From an uncultured virus (IMG/VR IMGVR_UViG_3300030202_003905) (taxonomy: Duplodnaviria; Heunggongvirae; Uroviricota; Caudoviricetes), in IMG/VR virus record IMGVR_UViG_3300030202_003905: DNA of 64,000 nucleotides; one strand, written 5' to 3'. The notes under the pieces were generated by a model that did not search any database, had not been told where the DNA came from, and worked only from the letters and a program-made list of their open reading frames with translations. The translations under genes were made by a program, and so were the position numbers. Position 1 is the first letter of the stretch. Every line of letters starts with the position of its first letter. Positions 29,109-38,613 of the stretch are shown one piece after another.

Positions 29109-30116
29109 TTATACAAAAGACTCAACTGTCATGGAAATAGAAGTTGTTTCTAGTGTTGCTCCTGGCACGAGCGGTGGTCCCGTGTCACCATCATATGAAG
29201 GTAAAGGTAGTCTTACGATTTTAGAATTTTCTATATCGATCTCTAACTGAACTTTATATTCAGACGTATCAACATCGAGCGAATTGCCTGCAGATTCTTT
29301 TTGGTATGTACCTGAGACCGGAAACCAAAGATCACCTATTATATAAGTTTTGGTATTATACTGTAAAGGTAGGATGGTAGGAGATTTAGTTGGGCCTACT
29401 GGTGAAGGGTATTGACCTATTGCACATGCTTTAACAGATTTGGTACCTCCTCTATCCCAAAAAATTATAATCTTATGTTGACAAACATCAAAAGCATTAT
29501 TACCCGTGGGGTCGTTTCTTCCTTGGGTATATGTTATAACAGTCTTTTTATAAGATGAATATGATTTATCAAAAAAACTAGTCCATGAACCAATTGTACC
29601 ACCAATAACGGTGGCCGCTTGTACAGACTCAACTGTTTTATCTATATAACCTTGCCACTCTTTACTGGGAGGAGTTGAAAGAAAAGATCCTGCTATTGTA
29701 TCAACAACTTTTTCATTGCCTGAAGTTTTTTCTAAATCTGTTACCATCCCATATTCATTAAATGTTAAGGAAGAAACATTTGGAAAATCCACGGTACTTT
29801 CAAAAACTGAAGATTTTATATTACCGGGGTTAAAATAATTGTCTGTTAGTTGGTATGTATTTCTACATCTAAAATATTTGCAAAACTGATTAACAGTAAT
29901 GTGGTTATTTGTCATAACATAATCTGACTCCCTAACCTTATTAGTATCATCATCAGGATTGTCTTTAACTAAATCGGCAACGACAGCATTAATTGTGTCA
30001 ATAGTATTTTGATCTATACTGTATTTGATAGGTCTAAGACCAGCTTGCAAAATTAAATCATCAGGCGTAATCTCTCTATTTTCTGCTTGAGTTAATTGTG
30101 ATATTTTTTTGCTCAT
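29109..30116 (-). CDS. Virion fibre/structural protein
   Basis: KKISQL N-terminus; FNEYG.V strand motif shared with the neighbour. Confidence 0.55.
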   Translation of the reverse strand: MSKKISQLTQAENREITPDDLILQAGLRPIKYSIDQNTIDTINAVVADLVKDNPDDDTNKVRESDYVMTNNHITVNQFCKYFRCRNTYQLTDNYFNPGNIKSSVFESTVDFPNVSSLTFNEYGMVTDLEKTSGNEKVVDTIAGSFLSTPPSKEWQGYIDKTVESVQAATVIGGTIGSWTSFFDKSYSSYKKTVITYTQGRNDPTGNNAFDVCQHKIIIFWDRGGTKSVKACAIGQYPSPVGPTKSPTILPLQYNTKTYIIGDLWFPVSGTYQKESAGNSLDVDTSEYKVQLEIDIENSKIVRLPLPSYDGDTGPPLVPGATLETTSISMTVESFV

Positions 30117-31093
30117 GTACTTGTTATCACAGCGTTAACTGCTATAGATTGATTTGTAATTACATTATTAGCTGTGTCAATAATAGTATAAATAGGTAAC
30201 CCTCTGATCTTTTTGTTTACACCATCAATTAATATTTTAGGAATACATAACTTATTAGTAGCTCCTTGGATTAACCCTTCAACAACTACACTACCCGCTG
30301 GGATAGGGGTTGTGGTCCATATAACTGGAAAATTTATTGCACCTTCAGTCGAACTATAAAAAGGAAACGACCCGGTACCTTTAACTGTACTATTTTTCCA
30401 ATCCACTTCAATAGTTGCACTCCCTGGTTGTGGTTGATAATCGGTATCAGAATCTGAATAAGAATAATATAACTCTACTGTGGTTGAATCATACGTATTA
30501 TAAGATTGATTAAACAAATGCGACCAGTTATGATCATTAGAAGTACCATCAGAGTAGTTAACTAAAGTTGCATATTTGTCTGTGGGGTAATAATATGTAT
30601 CACTATTAAAATAACCCCCAACGTTTCTATTAATAGGGGTATTTACATTGTCGTAAGAAGAAGGTCCTGGTTCTGATGTATCTGAAATGTTGCCTTTATA
30701 AAAACCTGCGGCTGTACCGCTTGCAAGTAATATATTATTTGAACTTGCTTCTGTAGTTAAATCCCAAATACGACCGTATTTGTCAAATTTAACAGAGCTG
30801 ATGTCAGCAATATTAACCGTTTTATTACTAACCGTGTTAGCTATTTCTCTACTTTGATTACTAACACCATTAATCTCTAAACCATAAGCTGTTGTTTCTA
30901 TAAACGTGGGTTGAAAACTAATCGGAAACACCGAAGATTGATCTCTAAGAAAAGTATTAAATTGTTCAATTGTTATCTTCTTGTTTATTTCTGTGATGAC
31001 AGTTTCTGATGAATCTACCAATGTAATTAAATCACCATCAACAATTTGATCTGACAAAATTGTACTAAGTTCTGATATTTTTTTTCCTGCCAT
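30113..31093 (-). CDS. Virion fibre/structural protein, paralog of 29109-30116
   Basis: KKISEL...D.ITLVD...NKKIT N-terminus; VKFDKYGRI. Confidence 0.6.
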   Translation of the reverse strand: MAGKKISELSTILSDQIVDGDLITLVDSSETVITEINKKITIEQFNTFLRDQSSVFPISFQPTFIETTAYGLEINGVSNQSREIANTVSNKTVNIADISSVKFDKYGRIWDLTTEASSNNILLASGTAAGFYKGNISDTSEPGPSSYDNVNTPINRNVGGYFNSDTYYYPTDKYATLVNYSDGTSNDHNWSHLFNQSYNTYDSTTVELYYSYSDSDTDYQPQPGSATIEVDWKNSTVKGTGSFPFYSSTEGAINFPVIWTTTPIPAGSVVVEGLIQGATNKLCIPKILIDGVNKKIRGLPIYTIIDTANNVITNQSIAVNAVITST

Positions 31094-31105
31094 ATTATTA
31101 TTTAT

Positions 31106-34100
31106 CTACGGTGTGACTTTCTTCTTTTCATCTTTTACATTCTTCTCCGATCCATTACCTTGTGATGCTGATTGACCTGTAAATGGATTTATAAACCCAT
31201 CACCGTCTGCATTCTGCACACCGATAACCGACAAATCAAAATCTGGATCATGCTCTAATTGCTCTTGCATATCTTTAAGATCTTGTGGGTCAATTATGAC
31301 CCCAGGTTTAATTATACCCCCTGATTGCCCTTTGTTGACTACCGGCTTGTCAGTCCCTGGCTTGGTTTCCGGTTCGGGTTCCGCTATTTGTTTTGTTATT
31401 TCTATGTTAGGCTTTACTAAACCATAAAGTATACAACCGTTTACATCGTAAACGTTACCTTCAACAGAATAACCAGCTTGCAGCACAACATTTTTTTCAT
31501 CCTTCCCGGTTTTTGCTTCTGATTGAGTCCATGTTATTCCATTAATAGTGATAGAATCAACTGCTTTACCATTAGTTGACGGGCTATCGTCCCACTCCAA
31601 CTCTATGCTAACTGAGCTGTTTCCTGTAATAAAGTTTCCATCTGCAGAAAAAGTCGCATCCCCAGAATTAATTGTAAAAGTTGTATCTAAAGAATCGCTA
31701 CCACTATCATATAGTTTAATTTGTTTTCTATCACTTGATACCTCTATTTTTTCGTTACTTGCATTAAGGTTGGAATATATTAATTCATAAGTATTGTTTA
31801 CTGTTAACTCAGGATCCATGAATTGATCTAATAGTTGTTCTTTAGTTAGTTGTGGTGGTGTAATATTATTTGCTCCGGGAACGGTAAAAAAGTCAAAATA
31901 GACAAAAAAGTCTTTTTGTTCTGCAGAAATACAATTTTTATTTACATTGTAGTAAAAGTGGGTGACATCTATACCAACATAATCCCATGACCCTATAAAT
32001 CTCTCAGGAACAGGTACCCTCCACATCATAAATATGGTATCATCAACCCGGTGCTGATTATTATAATTTAAAGTTTCAAAAGATTTACGACCAATAGACG
32101 TTACATTACCAAAATAATTTACAGCATCTTCATTAAGAGAAAGGTATGCCAGAACACCAAACTGTTTACTAATATCCAATTTATGGATTATATCTCTAGA
32201 GTTTCGTTGGACTGTGTTGCCTTGTTTATTGGGGTTGGTCCAGGTAAACGAGCTCACACCTAGTGCCGCTGGTGCACCACCGGGGGTTTGCACCGATACC
32301 TCAAACTCGTTTCCGTCTGAATTATCTTCTTCACACTTTCCAGCTAGTTCTACTTGTTCTTGATTAAAATATATTGCTTCTTTAACCCAAGTTGTACCCA
32401 AAGCCATTGATCCTAAATCTGGCCCGACGGTGCTACCTTCTTCATAAGTTTTAAACTGACCCCAACCATATGGGGTTATGTTCAGATCTAAAAGAGCTTG
32501 GTCGACTAGTCCGTCATCAGAATTTCTTATGTAATTAGCTAATACACCACCACTAACGGTTTCTAACTGTATCTTATATAATCTATCGTTAATTGTAACT
32601 TCTCTAACGCTGTCATGATTAAAACGACTTGAAGCTAATTGAATTTGAGATATTCTTTTCCACCCTATAATATATTGAGTTTCACCACCACCGGTTCTTT
32701 CACCACCTGTATCGCCTTCTGTCTCGTATATAGGTTCAAACCACCCTGGTTCACAAAGATTTGTTTCTGTTACTATTGTTTCTGTATACATCCCATCCAA
32801 GTCAATCAAATCATAAGGAGGAAGACATACTTCTTCACTAAACATACAATCAGTAGTAAAAGGTGTAACAAAACAATCACATTCTACTATTTCTTCTACT
32901 ATTGTCGGTGGTACAGCACAATCATTAAGCCCGGGTGGCATTATCGGTACTTGTTCTAAGACTTTGTTTTCTAATAAAATAATATCTCTATTATCAACTA
33001 AATTTTCTAATGGATTTACATCAACACCAGTAACATCATGCCCATGAAAGACCGCCGAAAGGTCCGGGTTCTCTTCCAAGGACGCTTGTATAGCAGTACC
33101 GGTTTCAAGTCTATAATAACCATTAGCATTACCAGGAAAATCTTCAAGCATTAAAGCGTCTAATGTAGGGGATAAAATATTAACTTGTGAAGGTGGTGGT
33201 GTTACTTTATTCTCAAAAAGAGAAACTAGAAGTAGTTGGTAATCGTATATTTTTTCTAATACCCTATTTGCTACTGATCTAGAAAATATTTCATTGGTAC
33301 CAATATAATTATCTAAAGTAGGTTCATAATCTAAAACAGCTAAATCATCTTCTGTAAAATATGAAATACCGTCATAATTTATACCACCATCTCTTAAAAG
33401 AGATACCGTAACAACATTAGTAATAAAATTCTTTAATTGTAAATTGTTACCTAAAAGTTTTATTATACTTTTATTATATGAAAAGTTTGAAACAAATTCA
33501 TTTTTTTCTACTTTAATTTCATCAACACTATAAACGTCAAAATTGTAGTTAGAAAGTAAATTTTCGTAAGCATTAGCTTCAGAAAATACTAAAATCGCAC
33601 CAAATTCATTTTTCCTTACATAAACAAAAAGTTTACTTACACCCTCTACATCTAGTAGAGTCATAAAATTAATATCAATGTTTCTTATGTTAGATTTTGA
33701 TAAGTCAAATCTACCAACATAATTAATATTATTAAAAAAGTATTTGTATATATTTTGTTTTGTTGCAACAAACATAGTGTTATCAGATTCATTAACAACA
33801 AAATCAATAAAAACTTCTGAATTTTCAAAACTATAAAGCTGCTTTTGTGATATAGGATTTAGTTTATTATCTAAAATATGAAATACACCACTAGTGGTTA
33901 ACCAATAAAATTTGTCATCTATAAGTTTTACGGTAGCAGGGGGGTTATTTTTCGTAAATGCGGATTTTCTAATATTCCTAACATACCCTAAATCTTTGTC
34001 GTATACTTTAATACAATAATTTCCTTGATCGAAAACATAAAGTTCGTCTTTATAAAATTGTAATATTTTAGGATTATTAAATGAATAATTATCTCTAACT

Positions 34101-35236
34101 CCACCTAACCCTCCAATAATTTCTGTTTCATAAAAATTTGGAGTTGGAAAACTTCTTATATTATCTTCTTTTACAAACCCATTTACGTTAATTCTATATA
34201 CGCCATTTGTGGCAGAATCAGAAACATATAGAGAGCTATTAGAAGATGCTGATCCATTTAATCCAACGAAGGCTAACTCATTATTTACCCCAACACTAGA
34301 CGTTATATTAACAAATGTATAATCTGCGGATAACGAAGAGGATGTATTAGCGCTTAAAGCTGATATATGTCGAGAGCTAATACAGAAAAAAGATTTGTAC
34401 CCCGATAGCGTACCCTCTTCAACAGACAAAGAAGTAAGATAATTAAAATATTTCGACTCTACGGGATGTTCACTAACGTATTGAATATTTCTTGTATCAC
34501 TATTAGGCCATAATTTAAATAATTCTGCTGTTGTACCTTGTTGGTATTTTACTGCAGCAGGTGATTGGGCCAATAAACTTCCAAATGTGTTAAAAGATTG
34601 CCCACCAAAAAATAGACCACCTGGGGTAAATGTCGATAATTCTAACACCGGCCAAGCATTCGTCCCACCATAAACGTCGTTCCATCGATATGAATTAACT
34701 TGAAAATATGCACTTAATGCTTGTTGTGTTGCATATACAGCTAGAAAATCACCACCATATTCTCCTTTTGTTAAATCTATTCTTATCGTATTACCTCTAC
34801 GATTTTCTGCTGAAGGGTTAATACCAAAATAATCATACGCTATTGTAAATGTTTTATTATTTTCATCTTCTACATAAAAATATGGCATTTCATCCAAATT
34901 TTCATTAGCGTGTGCTGTAACAGCTAAAGAGTAGGGGGTTAAATTTTTTAATATTACTTCTGTTTTTTGAGTTGCGTATGCTGCTTTACCAATAAACCCT
35001 TCATATAATTTTGGAAGGTTGGGTTGAGCAATTTTAGATACAGAATATAGATACATTAAGTTTGATTGAAGCTTGTTAATGCTTGAATTAAAGTTATACC
35101 CATTTACTAATTCATTAACCCCTAATAATACTTCGTCTTTTGTATGGGGTAATTGTATTACAGAACTTAAACTTCTGTTGAACGTATATCCATAATCGGT
35201 AAATTCTGTTGAAATGTTTATCATTCTATTTCCCAA
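31106..35236 (-). CDS. Large virion/baseplate protein with NHL beta-propeller
   Basis: FNNPK...LYVFDQGNYCIKVYD NHL repeat; LMLED/ILLEN motifs; start may be ATG 35224. Confidence 0.6.
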   Translation of the reverse strand: MGNRMINISTEFTDYGYTFNRSLSSVIQLPHTKDEVLLGVNELVNGYNFNSSINKLQSNLMYLYSVSKIAQPNLPKLYEGFIGKAAYATQKTEVILKNLTPYSLAVTAHANENLDEMPYFYVEDENNKTFTIAYDYFGINPSAENRRGNTIRIDLTKGEYGGDFLAVYATQQALSAYFQVNSYRWNDVYGGTNAWPVLELSTFTPGGLFFGGQSFNTFGSLLAQSPAAVKYQQGTTAELFKLWPNSDTRNIQYVSEHPVESKYFNYLTSLSVEEGTLSGYKSFFCISSRHISALSANTSSSLSADYTFVNITSSVGVNNELAFVGLNGSASSNSSLYVSDSATNGVYRINVNGFVKEDNIRSFPTPNFYETEIIGGLGGVRDNYSFNNPKILQFYKDELYVFDQGNYCIKVYDKDLGYVRNIRKSAFTKNNPPATVKLIDDKFYWLTTSGVFHILDNKLNPISQKQLYSFENSEVFIDFVVNESDNTMFVATKQNIYKYFFNNINYVGRFDLSKSNIRNIDINFMTLLDVEGVSKLFVYVRKNEFGAILVFSEANAYENLLSNYNFDVYSVDEIKVEKNEFVSNFSYNKSIIKLLGNNLQLKNFITNVVTVSLLRDGGINYDGISYFTEDDLAVLDYEPTLDNYIGTNEIFSRSVANRVLEKIYDYQLLLVSLFENKVTPPPSQVNILSPTLDALMLEDFPGNANGYYRLETGTAIQASLEENPDLSAVFHGHDVTGVDVNPLENLVDNRDIILLENKVLEQVPIMPPGLNDCAVPPTIVEEIVECDCFVTPFTTDCMFSEEVCLPPYDLIDLDGMYTETIVTETNLCEPGWFEPIYETEGDTGGERTGGGETQYIIGWKRISQIQLASSRFNHDSVREVTINDRLYKIQLETVSGGVLANYIRNSDDGLVDQALLDLNITPYGWGQFKTYEEGSTVGPDLGSMALGTTWVKEAIYFNQEQVELAGKCEEDNSDGNEFEVSVQTPGGAPAALGVSSFTWTNPNKQGNTVQRNSRDIIHKLDISKQFGVLAYLSLNEDAVNYFGNVTSIGRKSFETLNYNNQHRVDDTIFMMWRVPVPERFIGSWDYVGIDVTHFYYNVNKNCISAEQKDFFVYFDFFTVPGANNITPPQLTKEQLLDQFMDPELTVNNTYELIYSNLNASNEKIEVSSDRKQIKLYDSGSDSLDTTFTINSGDATFSADGNFITGNSSVSIELEWDDSPSTNGKAVDSITINGITWTQSEAKTGKDEKNVVLQAGYSVEGNVYDVNGCILYGLVKPNIEITKQIAEPEPETKPGTDKPVVNKGQSGGIIKPGVIIDPQDLKDMQEQLEHDPDFDLSVIGVQNADGDGFINPFTGQSASQGNGSEKNVKDEKKKVTP

Positions 35237-38200
35237 TCAACTTTATTTAACTTAGTGTTAGCAGGAATCACGTCTTTAATTTGTTCTATTATATTATTTG
35301 ATATATCTGCTTGTAAACTTTCTTCTGTAATTCCTGTATCAAGTAATTTTACGTTGAATAAATTGCTCTTTCTTCCTGGTAGCTTAAACTTAAATGTTCT
35401 TTCTATATTTTCAATATAATTTCTTTTACCTGTAGGTAGTTCAAAATATAAATCCTCGATCTTATTTCTTGATCTTATTATATTAGCTACATCATACAAA
35501 TAAAGCGGTGTATTATATATGTAAAAATCTTTAATCTTAAAATTACCGTAATTATAATAATTTACATCTTGTAAATTTTCGTTGAGTTTGTTGTTACCGT
35601 AACTTGCTTCAGTTCCAATATAAAATATATTATCAAATATAGTACCATAGCTATATTTTGAATTTTGAAAAGCGTATGTATCAACGATTAACCCGTCTAC
35701 ATAAAAGTTAAATAATCCTTTTGTTGTATCTAATGAAGTTGTAAAATTATGATAACCAGGACTAATATTAGAAAGAGGGTAACTTAAAGTTGCTTCTTCA
35801 TATGTCTGTACATTATATATGTTAGGTAATCTTAATTTAACATCTAGTGTATTACCTGCATTGTAATTGTTTAAAACGTAATTATAGTTGTTTATATTTC
35901 TAACTAAGCCAAAGGAAGTAGAATCTTCTTTAACAACGTTAATTGTAGAACTACTTATCTCTGCAAAATTTGTTTTTGTTCTAGTTATAAAAGGAAGGCA
36001 AACATCTGTCGATGGTGAACTTGAATTACAACTCAAACTAAAAATAGTAAGATAATCGTCTACTAATTCACCATTATACCATTCACTAATAAGATCTAAA
36101 TTTTTTCCCAAAGTACCCTGATTTTTTGTTATATTAGAAAGAGGTACTGATAAATCACCTTCGTTTGCAGATAAGCCAGAAAATGTATCGGTTATGTTTG
36201 TATCATATTGATCAATAACCGTAAATCTATCTTGATCAAAAATAGCATAAAATATTCCATTATTATCAAACGTATAATCATTAAGAACTTCTACCTCAAT
36301 TTTATCATTAAGGGTATTATCCGTAATATTAAAATATTTTAAAATCTTTTCTGCATAAAAATATACATCGTTGTTTACAAATTTAGGATTAAAACCAGAC
36401 AACAAACAAACCGTATTTTCATGAACAGCAATACTGTTGTAAACATCACCAAGTTTTTTAACCGTATAACTTAATTCAGAACTATGTTTAAGTTCTAAAC
36501 TAGTAGAATCTAATCTATACCAATCAGTACCGTTTAAAATGAAAACATATTTACCATAAGAATAAAAATTAACGATTTTGAAATTATTAATTTCACTAAT
36601 ATATTTTTTCTCTAATTTTGTACCAATATAATTATATTTGCTAACATGAGCAGTAGAATCAAATACTAAAAATTCGCCATTAGGTTCTAATTTTTGAACG
36701 TTTATAATAATGTCATCATGTTTTAAGGTTCTTAATAACGTTCCAAAAGAATTATAAATGTATATATCTCGTAAGTCAAATGTTACGGTATGAGGAGTAA
36801 TTCGTCTGTAGTTAAATATACCATACCCTCTATTTGTATAATTACCAACTATTTGAGATCCAAAAGGCTTAGACCAATCATCATTAAACATTTCAAAAGT
36901 AACAGAGAAATTATCAAAAGTTGATACATCGTCTAAACTCTTATCCATTGCTTTAGCAAAATAATTACCATCAAAAGATATTTCATTTATAAAATCTTGT
37001 TTAATATAAAATTTATCAAAATATCTTTTAAAATTGTCAAATATAATATTGCCTGATAACCCGTTAACAAAAGACTCGCTATTTTCGTTTCCAATATGAT
37101 GATAAGCATATAAAGCTCCTTCTTCAAAAGTTAAATCACTTATCGTATCATACATATCGTAGTCTTGATTATCAAACCCTACATTAGAACTAATTTGGTC
37201 AAAATTGGTATTAGGGAATAAAGCTGTTGAACTTTCTGTTAAAGCATCATAATAAGATACGTTAGCAGGATTATAATATCTGTCAACCCACAAGCCTGGC
37301 ATATTAGGGTCATCACCACCTGATAACCACGTACACAAATAAGCTCCTGTCTGCGTGTCAGATACATTACCAAACGGAGAACTAGATAAGTAGTCATTTA
37401 ATGTTTTAAAAATCTTATCTGAATAGTAAGGAGTATCACTAGGTATTGCTCCTGATACCACCAAAGAAGAATCATTTACGTTTAATTGTTGATAAGGGTA
37501 AATATTAAAAGGTATATGAAAATAGTTTAAACTATCCTTATATAAGATTTTTGAAATCGAATAACCAGCGTAACCTAACCCGATATTATAATTACCTTTT
37601 TCTTGATTTACCCCGGTGAAAAGAGAATCATAATATCTATGTTTAAAAGCCGGTTCATTAATAAAGACACCACCTTCTGACTGTTCATTGTTTACAGTCT
37701 TTTCATTTTTAAGATTAATCAGATTAAGATTTAAATTTGCTTCTTTATATGGTTTAATAGAATAAAATTCATTATTGAATAAGAAGTTAGAATTATAATC
37801 CGCAGTACTTTTTAGTGTATCGACTTGAAGTTGTGTTTTGTCTAAAGATTGTTTGTAAACATAATTTGAACTACAAAGAATATTTTGAAACGTATAGTAG
37901 TCTTTTCTTAGTCTGAATATGTTTTTATATCTGAAAGGAGTAATTGATATTGTTGATAATGCATTCCTAAAGGAAAGTAAATCATTGGCTTGATCATAAT
38001 ACAAATAGTTTACTTTATCATAAAGCTTTTTATAGAAAACAATTTGTTGGTTATCTTGATCATAAACGTAACTAAATTCACTTATATTTTCATTTTTACT
38101 TGATAGAAAAACAAATTTACTACTTACATAATCAAATCCCAAATATCTCTTTACATTATATGAATTCGATATATAGCACGTTTCATTATCAAAATCAAAC

Positions 38201-38586
38201 TCTACTAAAAAGTAAGAATTATCAGATAAAGAATCAGTAAATGTAACATTTGCTGAATTTTTGCAAGTTGAACATAAATCGCTACCAACTGCTAAATATG
38301 TAGCAGGGGCTTCTGATACCATTATATGCGTTACAAATTTATAATTTTCTGGTACCTCCAGTTGATCTAAAGTAAGAATGTTTCTGTATCTGTCGCTGTT
38401 AGATAAGTAAAAGTTTGAATATTTGTTAGTCGAGGTATCTTTAGTTGCAGATAAGCATGTATCTAGTGTTAAATCTATTCCATGATAACTTGATTTCGAG
38501 CTTTTTAAAAAGTTAACTTGCTGGTCTAGATCATAATTAGCACTTAAACTGACTAAGTTATTGCTGGTAAGTACCTTAACATCCAT
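35221..38586 (-). CDS. Large virion/baseplate protein with LamG/ConA-like domain
   Basis: GYHNFTT...FYVDG...FYIG...IKDFYIYNTPL pattern; WVDRYY. Confidence 0.6.
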   Translation of the reverse strand: MDVKVLTSNNLVSLSANYDLDQQVNFLKSSKSSYHGIDLTLDTCLSATKDTSTNKYSNFYLSNSDRYRNILTLDQLEVPENYKFVTHIMVSEAPATYLAVGSDLCSTCKNSANVTFTDSLSDNSYFLVEFDFDNETCYISNSYNVKRYLGFDYVSSKFVFLSSKNENISEFSYVYDQDNQQIVFYKKLYDKVNYLYYDQANDLLSFRNALSTISITPFRYKNIFRLRKDYYTFQNILCSSNYVYKQSLDKTQLQVDTLKSTADYNSNFLFNNEFYSIKPYKEANLNLNLINLKNEKTVNNEQSEGGVFINEPAFKHRYYDSLFTGVNQEKGNYNIGLGYAGYSISKILYKDSLNYFHIPFNIYPYQQLNVNDSSLVVSGAIPSDTPYYSDKIFKTLNDYLSSSPFGNVSDTQTGAYLCTWLSGGDDPNMPGLWVDRYYNPANVSYYDALTESSTALFPNTNFDQISSNVGFDNQDYDMYDTISDLTFEEGALYAYHHIGNENSESFVNGLSGNIIFDNFKRYFDKFYIKQDFINEISFDGNYFAKAMDKSLDDVSTFDNFSVTFEMFNDDWSKPFGSQIVGNYTNRGYGIFNYRRITPHTVTFDLRDIYIYNSFGTLLRTLKHDDIIINVQKLEPNGEFLVFDSTAHVSKYNYIGTKLEKKYISEINNFKIVNFYSYGKYVFILNGTDWYRLDSTSLELKHSSELSYTVKKLGDVYNSIAVHENTVCLLSGFNPKFVNNDVYFYAEKILKYFNITDNTLNDKIEVEVLNDYTFDNNGIFYAIFDQDRFTVIDQYDTNITDTFSGLSANEGDLSVPLSNITKNQGTLGKNLDLISEWYNGELVDDYLTIFSLSCNSSSPSTDVCLPFITRTKTNFAEISSSTINVVKEDSTSFGLVRNINNYNYVLNNYNAGNTLDVKLRLPNIYNVQTYEEATLSYPLSNISPGYHNFTTSLDTTKGLFNFYVDGLIVDTYAFQNSKYSYGTIFDNIFYIGTEASYGNNKLNENLQDVNYYNYGNFKIKDFYIYNTPLYLYDVANIIRSRNKIEDLYFELPTGKRNYIENIERTFKFKLPGRKSNLFNVKLLDTGITEESLQADISNNIIEQIKDVIPANTKLNKVDWEIE

Positions 38587-38613
38587 TAGAAATATTTAAT
38601 AAGGAAACATTTT